A stretch of DNA of 64,000 bases from an uncultured Enterobacteriaceae bacterium (GCA_964524005.1 CAZGBK010000004.1:62508-126507); one strand, 5' to 3'. Counted from the first letter of the stretch, positions 1 to 11,009 are shown. Notes: a model not told the origin generated them from the sequence alone. Made by a program: numbers and translations.

Positions 1-291
1 TCGGCTGACCGCCGGTCGCGCAACGGAGACAGGTTCGGCACCGAGTGCGTCAGGTTCTCGGGTGAGTAATTCAACCGGGACCGGGCCATCGAAGTGGTGC
101 GAGGTCAGCGGTTCAATGATCGGCAATGCGCGGTCTCGAACCCAATTGACGACCATCCGGTTGGGCGCGCTGATGCGGACGCCCGTGCGACTGGCGTGTT
201 CCAGACGCAGGGGTTGGATCCAGCGCGAATATTGCGCCTGCGGCAAAGTCTTGCGCAGCTGCTCGAGGCAGTCACTCCAAAAAGCGTCCAT
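1..291 (-). CDS. dnaA: Chromosomal replication initiator DnaA, N-terminal 97 codons only (gene runs off the left edge)
   Basis: Reverse-strand ATG at 291-289 with an in-frame TGA four codons upstream. Translation MDAFWSDCLEQLRKTLPQAQYSRWIQPLRLEH... fits the DnaA domain I pattern (W..CL..L...F..WI.PL). Open to base 1, so it is absent from the ORF track. Divergent from rpmH as in many proteobacteria. Confidence 0.85.
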   Translation of the reverse strand, partial: MDAFWSDCLEQLRKTLPQAQYSRWIQPLRLEHASRTGVRISAPNRMVVNWVRDRALPIIEPLTSHHFDGPVPVELLTREPDALGAEPVSVARPAVSR

Positions 292-358
292 CCGCCGAAT
301 CATGTTCCATGCCGCTGCTAACAGCAAGCGGACCGACGTTCCGGCCGATGCCGAGCGG

Positions 359-387
359 TTGACAGGATCTTGCGACTCGAAGAACAT
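359..387 (+). promoter_or_regulatory. Candidate rpmH promoter (perfect -35 TTGACA, 17-nt spacer, weak -10 GAACAT)
   Basis: TTGACA at 359-364 and GAACAT at 382-387, about 40 nt upstream of the rpmH ATG. The -10 is poor. Confidence 0.25.
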
Positions 388-425
388 CTAGGGTTCTGTA
401 AAGCCAATGAATCTTGGGACCCGCC

Positions 426-560
426 ATGAAAAGGACCTTCCAGCCCTCCGTCGTCAAGCGCAAGCGCACCCACGGTTTCCTCGTTCGCATGCGCTCGCGG
501 AGCGGTGCCGCTGTGATTCGCGCCCGTCGCGCGAAGGGTCGCGCCCGCCTCGCCGTCTAG
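426..560 (+). CDS. rpmH: 50S ribosomal protein L34
   Basis: 44-aa [47 protein letters not shown], the canonical L34 sequence. Below the ORF-track length cutoff. Directly upstream of rnpA. Confidence 0.95.
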   Translation: MKRTFQPSVVKRKRTHGFLVRMRSRSGAAVIRARRAKGRARLAV

Positions 561-602
561 GATCGACACGCCGTCAAGCCCAAGGCTTGGCGCCGCGGCG
601 AT

Positions 603-947
603 ATGGCTCACCCAGGCGCGCCGCGAAGATTGTTGCGAACCGAGTCGTCGCAGTTTCGCCGCATATTGCAGACAGCGCCGCGGCACCGTGGACAATTCAT
701 CGATCTATTGACCGCGTCATCGGTGCGGCCAGGGCCCGCGTTGGGGATGGTCGTGCCAAAGCGCGTTTGTCGGCTTGCGGTACGTCGCAACCTGATCAAA
801 AGAGCGATGCGTGAGACCTTCCGCCGTCATTGGCAGGCGTTGCCCGAAGCCGATTGGGTGTTTCGCTTGCGCCGTCTTCCCGACACCCCGCTGCGCCAAG
901 CCGTCCGAGACGATCTGCGGCGTATCGTTCATGATTTAGCATCATGA
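603..947 (+). CDS. rnpA: Ribonuclease P protein component
   Basis: 114 aa, basic, with the [13 protein letters not shown] motif region. Conserved rpmH-rnpA-yidD-yidC order. Confidence 0.9.
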   Translation: MAHPGAPRRLLRTESSQFRRILQTAPRHRGQFIDLLTASSVRPGPALGMVVPKRVCRLAVRRNLIKRAMRETFRRHWQALPEADWVFRLRRLPDTPLRQAVRDDLRRIVHDLAS

Positions 948-1174
948 TTCGCGTGCCATTGATTGGTCGCTTGGTTTTGCTGCTGATCCGAAGCTACCAG
1001 TTGCTGATCAGCCCCTTGCTGGGACCTCGCTGCCGCTTCTACCCCACGTGTTCTCAATATTGCCGCGAGGCAGTCGTGCGCCACGGGGTTCTTCGCGGTC
1101 TCTATCTCGGCGGTCGACGCATTTGCCGCTGCCACCCGTATCATCCCGGGGGCTACGATCCGGTACCCGATTAA
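944..1174 (+). CDS. yidD: Membrane protein insertion efficiency factor YidD
   Basis: 76 aa with the [10 protein letters not shown] and HPGGYDPVP motifs. ATGA overlap with rnpA. Confidence 0.92.
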   Translation: MIRVPLIGRLVLLLIRSYQLLISPLLGPRCRFYPTCSQYCREAVVRHGVLRGLYLGGRRICRCHPYHPGGYDPVPD

Positions 1175-1192
1175 TTTTTACGATCCGCCAAG

Positions 1193-2839
1193 ATGGACCT
1201 GAAAAAAATCCTCCTGAGTTGTGTTTTTGTCGTCTCGGTACTGCTGTTGTGGGATCGTTATCAGGCTCAGGAAGCGGGTTCGTTGTCGACGACAAAGGCT
1301 TCGGTGGCCGACAGCAGGCTGACCGGTGATGTGCCGGACCGCCCGGCCTTGGCTACAACCGAGTTGCCTGCCGCCGCGGCGGCTACCGCGCCAACAGGTT
1401 CTTTGGCCAGCGGCGAACGGCTGACTGTCGCCACCGACGTCTTCGAGGCCGATATCGATAGCAATGGCGGCGACTTGCGTCGCGTCGTGCTACTCCGGCA
1501 CCGTGAGGCTGGGGTGGGCGGCAAACCATTGACTCTGCTCGATGATGGCCCGCGCCCGTATGTCGCCCAGTCGGGACTCATCGGGGCTGACATGCCCAAT
1601 CACCGCAGCAGTTTTGAGCCAGAACCCGGTCAACTAAAACTCGCTGACGAGGCCGCGGCGGTGGAGCTGGCTTTACGCCATGCATCCGATACCTTGGACG
1701 TGCGCAAGGTCTATACCTTCCGTCGCGATGAATATGTGGTGAATGTCCGCTTTGAAGTCACGAATCGCGGCACCCAGGCAGTCGATACCGCGGGGTACTT
1801 CCACGTCTTGCGCGACGGCTTGTCCCCTGATGGCGAGTCGTGGCTGCAGCACACCTACACCGGCCCGGTCGTTTACACGGCTGCCGATAAATTCCGCAAG
1901 ATCGATTTCGATTCGGTGCGCTCCGGGAAAGCCGACTACGCGCGCCAGGCTCGCGATGGATGGGTCGCCCTGATCCAGCACTACTTTCTGTCAGCGTGGT
2001 TGCCAAAGGCCGGCGCTCTACGGGAGTACTACATCGATGCGCTGCCCGACGGGCTCTACCGCGCCGGGGTCAAAACGCCAGCGGTGCGCATCGAGCCTGG
2101 GGCGACCGAGACAATCGCCATGGACCTCTACATCGGGCCGCAAGAGCAGGATCGCTTAGCCGAACTGGCCGATGGCCTCGACCTGGTGACCGACTATGGT
2201 TGGCTCACCATCATCGCCAAACCCCTGTTCTGGCTGCTCAGCCTCTTCAATGACTGGACCGACAACTGGGGTCTGGCAATCATCCTGCTGACCCTGCTGG
2301 TCAAGGCAGTGTTCTACCCGCTGTCGGCAGCCAGTTACCGGTCGATGGCAAAGATGCGCGTGCTGGCGCCGAAACTGCAGGCCCTGAAAGAGCGCTTTGG
2401 CGACGACAAACAGCGCATGCAGGTCGAGATGATGAATCTCTACAAGACCGAGAAGATCAACCCGCTGGGCGGCTGCCTGCCGATCTTGGTACAGATCCCG
2501 GTGTTCATCGCCCTTTATTACGCTTTGATCGCTTCGGTCGAGCTGCGCCATGCGCCGTTTTACGGCTGGATCACCGATCTTTCCGCGCCCGATCCGTACT
2601 ACATCTTGCCGGTGCTCATGGGCATCTCGATGATCGTGCAGACGCGCTTGAACCCGACCCCGCCGGACCCGATCCAGGCGCGCATCATGCAGATCATGCC
2701 AATCGTCTTCTCGGTCTTCTTTTTCTTCTTTGCCGCCGGCTTGGTGTTGTACTGGCTGGTCAACAATGTCATCTCGATCGCTCAGCAGTGGCGCATGAAT
2801 GTGGTGATGGAGCGCGAGAAGGCGAACCCCCGACGCTGA
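1193..2839 (+). CDS. yidC: Membrane protein insertase YidC
   Basis: 548 aa. N-terminal TM, large periplasmic domain, C-terminal 5-TM 60-kDa insertase core (PLGGCLPILVQIPVFIALY). Confidence 0.95.
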   Translation: MDLKKILLSCVFVVSVLLLWDRYQAQEAGSLSTTKASVADSRLTGDVPDRPALATTELPAAAAATAPTGSLASGERLTVATDVFEADIDSNGGDLRRVVLLRHREAGVGGKPLTLLDDGPRPYVAQSGLIGADMPNHRSSFEPEPGQLKLADEAAAVELALRHASDTLDVRKVYTFRRDEYVVNVRFEVTNRGTQAVDTAGYFHVLRDGLSPDGESWLQHTYTGPVVYTAADKFRKIDFDSVRSGKADYARQARDGWVALIQHYFLSAWLPKAGALREYYIDALPDGLYRAGVKTPAVRIEPGATETIAMDLYIGPQEQDRLAELADGLDLVTDYGWLTIIAKPLFWLLSLFNDWTDNWGLAIILLTLLVKAVFYPLSAASYRSMAKMRVLAPKLQALKERFGDDKQRMQVEMMNLYKTEKINPLGGCLPILVQIPVFIALYYALIASVELRHAPFYGWITDLSAPDPYYILPVLMGISMIVQTRLNPTPPDPIQARIMQIMPIVFSVFFFFFAAGLVLYWLVNNVISIAQQWRMNVVMEREKANPRR

Positions 2840-4152
2840 TGGCGCACGGCGACACCATCGTCGCCGTTGCTACGGCACCGGGCCATGGCGGGGTCGGCAT
2901 CGTGCGTGTCAGCGGGCCGGCCGCCATGCAGATCGCAGGAGTCGTGTTGGGTCATGTCCCGGCGCCGCGCCAGGCGGTGTACGCATCGTTCTCCGACGCC
3001 GCCGGTGCAGCCATCGACAAGGGCGTAGCGATCTGTTTTCAGGCGCCGGCCTCGTACACCGGTGAGGACACGCTGGAATTGCAGGCCCACGGTAACCCGT
3101 TGGTGCTGTCGAAACTGGTGCGCCGCTGTGTCGAGCTTGGTGCCCGTGCCGCCCGAGCCGGCGAATTCACGGAACGCGCATTCCTGAATGGCAAGTTAAG
3201 CCTCGACCAGGCTGAAGCGGTGGCCGACTTGGTTGCCGCCGATTCCGAGGCCGCGCTTGAGGCCGCCCGCCGCTCGCTGCAAGGGGAGTTTGCTGACCAG
3301 ATCGAAACCCTCGCTGATGAGCTTACCGCGCTACGGGCGCTGATCGAAGCATCGCTCGATTTTCCCGAAGAAGGCGATATCGATTGGTTGCAACGGCTGG
3401 ATGTCCGCCCACGCTTGGCGGCGGTGATGGCGAGAGTGGTTGCGGTGTTGTCGGCAGCACAACGAGGTTTGCGCTTGCGCGACGGCTATTGCGTCGCCAT
3501 TGTGGGCGCACCAAATGTTGGCAAATCGACCCTGCTGAATGCGCTGGCCGGGGAAGACTTGGCGATTGTCAGCGATGTCGCTGGCACCACACGAGACACG
3601 CTTCGTAGCCGCCTCCTGATCGATGGTGTGCCGATCGAGCTCATCGACACTGCTGGCCTGCGCAATGCCACTGACCCGATCGAACGCGAGGGCATCGAGC
3701 GCGCAAGGCAAGCGGCCGCGCGCTGCGACTTGTTGTTGTGCCTGGTCGATGAACGCGATGCCTCGCGGGTCGACTTGGCCCAGCTTGACGTCGCGGTGCC
3801 GGCTCGACCGCGTCTGGTGGTGCGCAACAAGGCCGACCTGCCCGGAGGACCGGACGGCGAACTTCGAATCGTCGCCCGCAGCGGGACGGGCCTGTCGGAC
3901 TTGCGCGCGGGTTTGTTGGAGCGCCTGGGGTGGCAGAGCGGCGTGCCGTTGGTCGCTACGCGCGCGCGGCATTTGCAAGCTTTGCAAGCCGCTGCCGCCC
4001 ATTTGTCCAGCGCTGATGGCCTGTGGGCTGCTCCGGAATTGCTGGCGGAAGAGTTACGTCAAGCGGCCGACCGGCTTGGTGAGATCACCGGCCGGGTGGT
4101 TGCTGACGATCTTCTAGGACGCATTTTTGCCGACTTTTGTATCGGTAAGTAA
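2839..4152 (+). CDS. mnmE: tRNA modification GTPase MnmE
   Basis: Start trimmed to the ATG overlapping the yidC stop (TGATG), giving N-terminus MAHGDTIVAVATAPG. G-domain motifs GAPNVGKST, DTAGLR, NKADL. C-terminal CIGK. Confidence 0.93.
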   Translation: MAHGDTIVAVATAPGHGGVGIVRVSGPAAMQIAGVVLGHVPAPRQAVYASFSDAAGAAIDKGVAICFQAPASYTGEDTLELQAHGNPLVLSKLVRRCVELGARAARAGEFTERAFLNGKLSLDQAEAVADLVAADSEAALEAARRSLQGEFADQIETLADELTALRALIEASLDFPEEGDIDWLQRLDVRPRLAAVMARVVAVLSAAQRGLRLRDGYCVAIVGAPNVGKSTLLNALAGEDLAIVSDVAGTTRDTLRSRLLIDGVPIELIDTAGLRNATDPIEREGIERARQAAARCDLLLCLVDERDASRVDLAQLDVAVPARPRLVVRNKADLPGGPDGELRIVARSGTGLSDLRAGLLERLGWQSGVPLVATRARHLQALQAAAAHLSSADGLWAAPELLAEELRQAADRLGEITGRVVADDLLGRIFADFCIGK

Positions 4153-4217
4153 GGCGACTCGGCCAAGTGATGCCCTGCGGTAGAATCGCCATCCTGCTCT
4201 AGCACTTCTCTAAACCC

Positions 4218-6137
4218 ATGACGCTGCAAACAGAGTTCGAGGTGATCGTGATCGGTGGCGGCCATGCCGGCACCGAGGCCGCGCTCGCCGCTGCGCGCAT
4301 GGGACGCCGCACCCTGCTCATCACGCACAGCATCGAGACGCTCGGCCAGATGAGCTGCAACCCCTCGATCGGCGGCATCGGCAAGGGGCACCTGGTCAAG
4401 GAGGTCGATGCGCTCGGCGGGGCGATGGCGCTGGCCGCCGACGCCGCCGGCATCCAGTGGCGCACCCTCAACGGCAGCAAGGGCCTGGCGGTGCGCGCCA
4501 CCCGCGCCCAGGCCGACCGCGCGCTCTACCGCGCGGCGATCCGTTCGCGCCTCGAGAACCAGCCCCATCTGCAGATCTTCCAGCAGCCGGTCGACGACCT
4601 CATCCTCGAGGGCGACCGCGTGGCCGGCGTGGTCACGCAATCCGGCGTGCGGTTCCATGCCAGGACGGTGGTCCTCACCGCCGGCACCTTCCTCGGCGGG
4701 CTCATTCACATCGGCCTGCAGAACCACCGCGCCGGCCGCGCCGGCGACCCCGCCTCCGTCACGCTCTCGGAGCGCCTGCGCGAGCTTGCGCTGCCGGTCG
4801 GGCGGCTCAAGACCGGGACCCCGCCCCGCATCGACGGCCGCAGCATCGACTACGCCCGGCTCGAGCCGCAGCCCGGCGATATACCGACCCCGATCTTCTC
4901 TTTCATGGGCACGGCCGCGATGCATCCAGCGCAGGTGCCTTGCTGGATCACGCACACCAACGCTGGTACGCACGACATCATCCGTAGCGGGCTCGACCGT
5001 TCGCCCATGTTCACCGGCGTCATCGAAGGCGTCGGGCCGCGCTATTGCCCGTCGATCGAGGACAAGGTGACGCGCTTTGCTGACCGCGACTCGCACCAGA
5101 TCTTCCTCGAGCCCGAGGGCCTGAGCACCCACGAGGTCTACCCCAACGGCATCTCCACCAGTCTGCCCTTCGAGGTGCAGGTGGCGGCGGTGCACAGCAT
5201 CGCAGGTCTTGAGAATGCCGTGATCACGCGGCCCGGTTACGCCATCGAGTACGACTACTTCGACCCGCGCGGCCTGCAGCCCAGCCTCGAGACCAAGGTG
5301 ATCAAGAACCTCTTTTTTGCCGGGCAGATCAACGGCACGACCGGGTATGAAGAGGCCGCCGCGCAGGGCCTGCTGGCCGGAATCAATGCCGCCCGTGCGG
5401 CTCGCGGGGAAGAGGCATGGGTGCCGCGCCGCGACACCTCCTACATCGGCGTGATGGTCGACGACCTGACCACGCAAGGCGTGACCGAGCCCTACCGCAT
5501 GTTCACCAGCCGTGCCGAGTATCGCCTGAGCCTGCGCGAGGACAACGCCGATGCGCGCCTCACCCCCATCGGCCGCGAGCTCGGCCTGGTTGACGATGCA
5601 CGTTGGGCGGCCTTCTGTGCCAAGAAAGACGCGGTGGATGCCGAGGTGGCCCGGCTGAAGAAGACCTGGGTCAATCCGACCAGCGTCGATGCTGCCACTG
5701 CCGAGCGGGTGGTCGGCAAGGCGCTCGACCACGAGTACAACCTGTTCGAGTTGCTGCGCCGCCCCGAGGTGCGTCACGCCGCGCTGGCCGCACTGCCCAA
5801 TGGCGCCGCCGAGCTGCCGCCGGCGGTGGTCGAGCAGGTCGAGATCCTCGCCAAGTACCAGGGCTACATCGACCGTCAGGCCGATGAGGTCAGCAAGCGC
5901 GCCGTGCAGGAAGACACACTGCTCCCGGCCGATATGGATTACGCCGAAGTTCGCGGGCTCTCGATCGAGGCGCAGCAGAAGCTGTCCGCCATCCGCCCAG
6001 CGACATTAGGACAGGCGTCGCGGATCCAGGGCATCACACCGGCCAGCATCTCGCTCCTCCTGGTGCACATCAAGCGGCGTCGTCCGCGGGTCGCGCGAGA
6101 GAAAAAGCATGGCCGACAGGGCGGAGTCGCTGCATGA
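4218..6137 (+). CDS. mnmG: tRNA uridine 5-carboxymethylaminomethyl modification enzyme MnmG (GidA)
   Basis: 639 aa with N-terminal FAD fold [14 protein letters not shown]. Full-length GidA-like sequence. Confidence 0.95.
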   Translation: MTLQTEFEVIVIGGGHAGTEAALAAARMGRRTLLITHSIETLGQMSCNPSIGGIGKGHLVKEVDALGGAMALAADAAGIQWRTLNGSKGLAVRATRAQADRALYRAAIRSRLENQPHLQIFQQPVDDLILEGDRVAGVVTQSGVRFHARTVVLTAGTFLGGLIHIGLQNHRAGRAGDPASVTLSERLRELALPVGRLKTGTPPRIDGRSIDYARLEPQPGDIPTPIFSFMGTAAMHPAQVPCWITHTNAGTHDIIRSGLDRSPMFTGVIEGVGPRYCPSIEDKVTRFADRDSHQIFLEPEGLSTHEVYPNGISTSLPFEVQVAAVHSIAGLENAVITRPGYAIEYDYFDPRGLQPSLETKVIKNLFFAGQINGTTGYEEAAAQGLLAGINAARAARGEEAWVPRRDTSYIGVMVDDLTTQGVTEPYRMFTSRAEYRLSLREDNADARLTPIGRELGLVDDARWAAFCAKKDAVDAEVARLKKTWVNPTSVDAATAERVVGKALDHEYNLFELLRRPEVRHAALAALPNGAAELPPAVVEQVEILAKYQGYIDRQADEVSKRAVQEDTLLPADMDYAEVRGLSIEAQQKLSAIRPATLGQASRIQGITPASISLLLVHIKRRRPRVAREKKHGRQGGVAA

Positions 6138-6757
6138 GTCTGGCACCCATCCTCGATAGCGGTCTGGCTGAACTCGATCTGCCATTGCCAGATTCTGTCC
6201 GCGAATCTTTGTTGGCCTACGTCGGCTTGCTCGAAAAATGGAACCGCACCTACAACTTGACGGCAGTGCGCGAGCCAAGGGCGATGGTCACGCAACACAT
6301 CCTCGATTCCTTGGCGATCCTGCCCCACCTGCCGGGCGGGAGTCTGGCCGACATTGGTTCCGGCGGCGGCATCCCTGGCCTGCCGATCGCCATTGCGCAA
6401 CCACTGCGCCCTGTGACCCTGATCGAGTCGAACCAGAAAAAGGCCGCTTTCCTGCGCCAAGCGGCCTTCGAGTTGGGCCTGCAGAATGTGTCTGTCGAAG
6501 TGGCGCGCGTCGAGGCCCTGCGGGGCCACCAATTCGACGTACTTATTTCGCGTGCACTGTCCGACCTGCCCGAATTCATAGCGATGGCGGGTCATTTGTT
6601 GGCGCCCGAAGGCCGCGTCGTGACTATGAAGGGGTTGTACCCGCATGAGGAGCTGGCGGCCCTGAAGGTGCCGTGGCAGGTCGTCGCGGTGCTACCGCTG
6701 CACGTCCCAGGTCTGCACGCGACGCGTCATTTGGTGCTGGCGGAGCGCGCCGCATGA
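6134..6757 (+). CDS. rsmG: 16S rRNA (guanine527-N7)-methyltransferase RsmG (GidB)
   Basis: 207 aa with SAM motif [14 protein letters not shown]. Overlaps the mnmG stop. Confidence 0.92.
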   Translation: MSLAPILDSGLAELDLPLPDSVRESLLAYVGLLEKWNRTYNLTAVREPRAMVTQHILDSLAILPHLPGGSLADIGSGGGIPGLPIAIAQPLRPVTLIESNQKKAAFLRQAAFELGLQNVSVEVARVEALRGHQFDVLISRALSDLPEFIAMAGHLLAPEGRVVTMKGLYPHEELAALKVPWQVVAVLPLHVPGLHATRHLVLAERAA

Positions 6758-7536
6758 CATTGGTTCTGGCGGTGACCAACCAGAAGGGCGGGGTCGGGAA
6801 GACCACAACGTCGGTCAATCTTGCCGCCAGCCTAGCAGCGATGCGAAGACGCGTTCTTCTGGTCGACCTGGACCCCCAGGCGAACGCAACCATGGGCAGC
6901 GGCATCGACAAGCGCACGCTCACCAACACCGTTTACCAGCTGCTGGTCGGGACCGCCGGTTGGTCCGCGGTGGTCTGTGAATCGCCAAACGGCTACCAAG
7001 TCCTCCCCGCCAACCGCGATCTCGCCGGGGCTGAACTCGACCTTGTCGAACTGTCGCGGCGCGAGCATCGCCTGGCCGACGCCCTGGCCCCTCATCGGGA
7101 CGAATATGACTTCGTGCTGATCGACTGCCCGCCATCGCTCAACCTGCTCACCATCAATGGTCTGTGCGCAGCCGATCGCATTCTTATCCCCATGCAGTGT
7201 GAATATTTTGCCCTGGAGGGTCTGTCGGACCTGGTCGACACGCTTCGTCGCATCCGGCGCTCGCTGAACCCGGCGCTCGACATCGACGGTATCTTGCGCA
7301 CCATGTTTGACGCCCGCAGCACCCTGTCTCGTCAAGTCGCCGAACAGTTGCAGCTGCACTTTCCGGGCAAGGTCTATGAAACGGTCATCCCGCGCAACGT
7401 CCGACTTGCCGAAGCGCCCAGCCACGGTCGGGCGGCCTTGCAATACGACCGCCATTCGTCAGGAAGCAAGGCATATCTGTCTTTGGCCGGCGAGATGGTT
7501 GGCCGGACACAGGTGACCAGCAGAGGTGCGGCATGA
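6754..7536 (+). CDS. parA: Chromosome partitioning ATPase ParA (Soj)
   Basis: Start trimmed to the ATG in an ATGA overlap with rsmG, giving [18 protein letters not shown] (deviant Walker A). Followed by parB. Confidence 0.93.
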   Translation: MTLVLAVTNQKGGVGKTTTSVNLAASLAAMRRRVLLVDLDPQANATMGSGIDKRTLTNTVYQLLVGTAGWSAVVCESPNGYQVLPANRDLAGAELDLVELSRREHRLADALAPHRDEYDFVLIDCPPSLNLLTINGLCAADRILIPMQCEYFALEGLSDLVDTLRRIRRSLNPALDIDGILRTMFDARSTLSRQVAEQLQLHFPGKVYETVIPRNVRLAEAPSHGRAALQYDRHSSGSKAYLSLAGEMVGRTQVTSRGAA

Positions 7537-8387
7537 AATCAAAAGGACTCGGGCGCGGCCTGGATGCGTTGTTGGGCGACCTTTCACCGGCCATCGAGGC
7601 TGGTCCTGACACAGTGCGTGAGCTGCCAGTCGCTGACTTGCGACCGGGCCGCTATCAGCCCCGGATGCAGATGTCCGAGGCCGCGCTCGATGAGCTCGCC
7701 GACTCGATCCGCAGCCAGGGCCTGATCCAGCCGGTGGTGGTGAGGCAGGTCGACGGCGGCTACGAGATCATCGCTGGCGAGCGTCGCTGGCGCGCTGCGC
7801 AGCGCGCCGGGCTAGGCAGCATCCCGGTGGTGGTCCGGCAAGTGGCAGACAACGCTGCTCTGGCAATGGCTCTGATCGAGAACATTCAGCGCGAAGACCT
7901 CAACCCGCTTGAAGAGGCCACCGGTTTGCAGCGCCTGATCGATGAATTTGGTCTCACCCACGAGTCTGCGGCCAGTATCGTTGGGCGTTCGCGAGCCGCT
8001 GTGACCAACTTGTTGCGGTTGTTGCAATTGACACCCGCGGTGCAGTCGATGCTGGTCGCCGGCGAGATCGAGATGGGCCACGCGCGAGCCCTGCTGGCAG
8101 TCACCGGGGCCACTCAGGTCGAGTGGGCGCAGCGCGTGTTGCAGCGCGGCATGACGGTCCGCGAATTGGAGCGCGCATTGCAACAGCTTGCTCGCGAACG
8201 CCCTCCGCTCAAGGCCACAACCGATCCCGACTTGCAGCGCGTCGAACGGCGGCTGGCCGACGTTCTTGGCCGCAAAGTCGAGCTCAAGACGGGGCGTGAT
8301 GGAGCTGGCCGATTGATCCTTCACTTCACCGATCACACGGACTTCGATGCCGTGTTGCAGCGCCTCGGTGTGCGTACAGAATCTTGA
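7533..8387 (+). CDS. parB: Chromosome partitioning protein ParB (Spo0J)
   Basis: 284 aa with the ParB box GERRWRAA, an HTH and a C-terminal dimerisation region. ATGA overlap with parA. Confidence 0.93.
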   Translation: MKSKGLGRGLDALLGDLSPAIEAGPDTVRELPVADLRPGRYQPRMQMSEAALDELADSIRSQGLIQPVVVRQVDGGYEIIAGERRWRAAQRAGLGSIPVVVRQVADNAALAMALIENIQREDLNPLEEATGLQRLIDEFGLTHESAASIVGRSRAAVTNLLRLLQLTPAVQSMLVAGEIEMGHARALLAVTGATQVEWAQRVLQRGMTVRELERALQQLARERPPLKATTDPDLQRVERRLADVLGRKVELKTGRDGAGRLILHFTDHTDFDAVLQRLGVRTES

Positions 8388-8469
8388 CGCTTTGCAACGA
8401 ATCCAATATCGTCCTCAAGCTTTTCCGGTGCCTGTCATCCGTCGCCGGTCATTCTTGACCGGTCGCCCA

Positions 8470-8814
8470 ATGCGTTGGGCGTTCGCGTTACAGATCATCG
8501 TGACCGTTCTTGCGGCCTCCCTGTCGGCATGGTTCGCAGGACTGCACGGCGGTGTGTCGGCGGGATTGGGTGGCTTGGTCAGTCTGCTTGCCGGGCTGGC
8601 CTACGCTGGGGTTGCTTCGGTGTATCCGCCGGTGTCGCCGATGGCGGCTCTGTTCGGGTTGTTGCGTGCCGAAGCGGTCAAGATCGTGGTCTTTGTGACA
8701 GCGATCTGGTTGGTACTGAAGTTTTACGGCGCATTGCTGCCGCTAGCGTTCTTCGCAACGTTTGCTGTGACAGTGCTTGTGTTCTCGGCCGCGGCGCTGT
8801 TCCGCGACCATTGA
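8470..8814 (+). CDS. atpI: F0F1 ATP synthase protein I
   Basis: About 114 aa, four hydrophobic segments, immediately upstream of atpB. Start trimmed from the track ORF 8347 to the ATG at 8470. Confidence 0.75.
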   Translation: MRWAFALQIIVTVLAASLSAWFAGLHGGVSAGLGGLVSLLAGLAYAGVASVYPPVSPMAALFGLLRAEAVKIVVFVTAIWLVLKFYGALLPLAFFATFAVTVLVFSAAALFRDH

Positions 8815-8842
8815 CCGTTAAAAAGGGCAGCTCGTCTTACCG

Positions 8843-9646
8843 ATGGCCTCCGAAACCCTGACCCCGACTTCTTACATCCAGCATCACCTCTCCTTCAACG
8901 AGTACCCGCTCGGCGAAGGCATGTTCAGCATGATCCACCTCGATAGCGTGTTAACCGCGCTGGTCATGGGCGTGTTGGCAATGGGGTTGATCTGGTGGGT
9001 GGCGCGTGGCGCGACCGCCGGCGTCCCGACTCGACGACAAGCCTTTATTGAGATGGTTTTCGAGTTCATCGACGGCTCGGCCAAGGCGGTGTTCCCCCAC
9101 GCTTCTCGCCACGCCGTCATCGCACCGCTGGCGCTCACCGTATTTGTTTGGGTGTTGGTGATGAACGCCATGGATTTCCTGCCAGTCGACTACATGGCTT
9201 CGCTCACTCACTTGTGGGCTGACTCGTGGCGCATCGTCCCCACCTCTGACCTCAACACCACCTTTGCGCTGTCGCTCGCGGTGCTCTTCCTGATGCTCTT
9301 TTACGGCATCAAGGTGAAGGGTGTCGGCGGGTGGCTGCATGAACTCTTCTGCGCGCCGTTTGGCAGCAATCCGCTGCTGTGGCCGGCCAACTTGCTGTTC
9401 AACCTGATCGAATACATCTCAAAACCGCTGTCACTGGCTTTGCGCCTATACGGCAACATGTACGCGGGCGAAATCATTTTCCTGCTGCTGTGGGTGTGGG
9501 CCGCGACCGGCTTGGCCGGCACCATCTTCGGTGCCTTGTTGGGTGCCGGCTGGGCGATTTTCCACATCCTGATCGTTGTGCTGCAGGCCTACATCTTCAT
9601 GACCCTCACCATCGTCTACATCGCGATGGCACATGAGGGTCACTGA
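8843..9646 (+). CDS. atpB: F0F1 ATP synthase subunit a
   Basis: 267 aa polytopic protein with the conserved [13 protein letters not shown] motif. Confidence 0.95.
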   Translation: MASETLTPTSYIQHHLSFNEYPLGEGMFSMIHLDSVLTALVMGVLAMGLIWWVARGATAGVPTRRQAFIEMVFEFIDGSAKAVFPHASRHAVIAPLALTVFVWVLVMNAMDFLPVDYMASLTHLWADSWRIVPTSDLNTTFALSLAVLFLMLFYGIKVKGVGGWLHELFCAPFGSNPLLWPANLLFNLIEYISKPLSLALRLYGNMYAGEIIFLLLWVWAATGLAGTIFGALLGAGWAIFHILIVVLQAYIFMTLTIVYIAMAHEGH

Positions 9647-9667
9647 AAATTTTTTGCTGTGTATTGA

Positions 9668-9964
<297 letters not shown>

Positions 9965-9998
9965 TCGCAACGATCGGACAGTCGCTAAGGAGCGGACG

Positions 9999-10469
9999 AT
10001 GAACTTCAATCTCACCCTGGTCGCTCAGGCGCTGACCTTTGCCATCTTCATCTGGTTCACAGCGCGCTTCATTTGGCCGCCGTTGCTGAACGCCATCGAG
10101 ACCCGGCAAAAGACTATCGCCGATGGCCTTTCCGCCGCTGAGCGTGGTCGTCAGGAGCTGGAGCTGGCCTCGAAGAAATCTGCGGACAGTCTGCGCGAAG
10201 GCAAGCAACAGGTCGCTGCACTGGTGGCCTCTGCCGAGAAGCGAGCCGCTGAGATCGTCGAGGAGGCGAAGACCGCCGCTCGCGTTGAAGCTGACCGTAT
10301 CATCGAGGCGGCGCGTGGCCAGGTGGAGCAGGAGGCGCAGCGCGCTCGTGAGCAATTGCGCGAGCAGGTGGCTGTGCTGGCAATCGCCGGCGCCGAGCGC
10401 ATCCTGCGTCGCGAAATTGACGCCAAGGCGCACAGCGAATTGCTCACCGGTCTGAAGAAGGAACTCTGA
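9999..10469 (+). CDS. atpF: F0F1 ATP synthase subunit b
   Basis: 156 aa with an N-terminal TM and a long charged helix. Confidence 0.93.
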   Translation: MNFNLTLVAQALTFAIFIWFTARFIWPPLLNAIETRQKTIADGLSAAERGRQELELASKKSADSLREGKQQVAALVASAEKRAAEIVEEAKTAARVEADRIIEAARGQVEQEAQRAREQLREQVAVLAIAGAERILRREIDAKAHSELLTGLKKEL

Positions 10470-10472
10470 GCA

Positions 10473-11009
10473 ATGGCCGAAACCGCCACCATCGCTCGCC
10501 CCTATGCCGAGGCCGCATTCCAGGTGGCCAGCGGCAAGAAGGCGCTCGGCGCATGGCTCGACGCGTTGCAGTTGCTGGCCGCTCTGGTGGCTGACGACCG
10601 CGTGCGTCGACTGATCAGCGATCCGAAGCGCAGTGTTGCCGACAAGCAAGCAGCCATTGCCGGGTTGCTCGGCGAGCAGTCCGTCGAAGTACGCCGGTTG
10701 GTCGATCTGTTGGTTGAGAACGGCCGCCTGGTCGCCGTTGCCAGTGAGCTAGCGCTGCAATTTGAGCAGTTGAAGTTGGCGGCTGAGGCGTCTGTGGATG
10801 CTCGCGTGACCAGTGCCTTTCCGCTGTCGAAGCAGGAAGCGGCCGAATTGGTTGCCATGCTCGAGTCGCGCTACGAGCGCAAGGTCAAGCTCGAATCCAC
10901 GGTCGACCCGAGTCTCATCGGTGGTGTGCGCATCGCCGTCGGCGACGAAGTCATCGACGCGTCCGTCCAGGGCCGTTTGGCCTCGATGGCGCTGACCCTA
11001 CAACGTTAG
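10473..11009 (+). CDS. atpH: F0F1 ATP synthase subunit delta
   Basis: 178 aa, OSCP-like, in the operon position between b and alpha. Confidence 0.92.
   Translation: MAETATIARPYAEAAFQVASGKKALGAWLDALQLLAALVADDRVRRLISDPKRSVADKQAAIAGLLGEQSVEVRRLVDLLVENGRLVAVASELALQFEQLKLAAEASVDARVTSAFPLSKQEAAELVAMLESRYERKVKLESTVDPSLIGGVRIAVGDEVIDASVQGRLASMALTLQR

Noticed and set aside
62-391. Plus-strand ORFs 62-391 and 94-321 at the left edge.
   Set aside because: They are the antisense shadow of the genuine dnaA N-terminus on the minus strand, and their translations have no recognisable features.
2788-2838. N-terminal extensions in the ORF track. Plus-strand track starts: 2788, 6673, 8347, 15416, 29082, 34114, 39788, 42380, 45868, 47288, 51563, 54164, 59461. 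Minus-strand track start ends: 19924, 20774, 23045, 29251, 54073.
   Set aside because: The extensions overlap the preceding gene or intergenic signals and add Arg/Pro-rich residues absent from the protein families. Internal ATGs give canonical N-termini, often with ATGA/TGATG coupling or a Shine-Dalgarno, so starts were trimmed by codon arithmetic.
4059-5777. Very long antisense ORFs: 572 aa opposite mnmG, 640 aa at 13366-15288 opposite atpD/atpC, 493 aa at 30100-31581 opposite uvrD, 422 aa at 54721-55989 opposite hisB/H/A, 396 aa at 60658-61848 opposite gltB, and many others.
   Set aside because: Each lies entirely antisense to, or out of frame with, a gene that has unmistakable family motifs. 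Their translations are low-complexity Arg/Ala/Gly/Pro/Val-rich. Stop-free alternative frames of this length are expected in DNA this GC-rich with high third-position GC. There is no independent start context or family signature.
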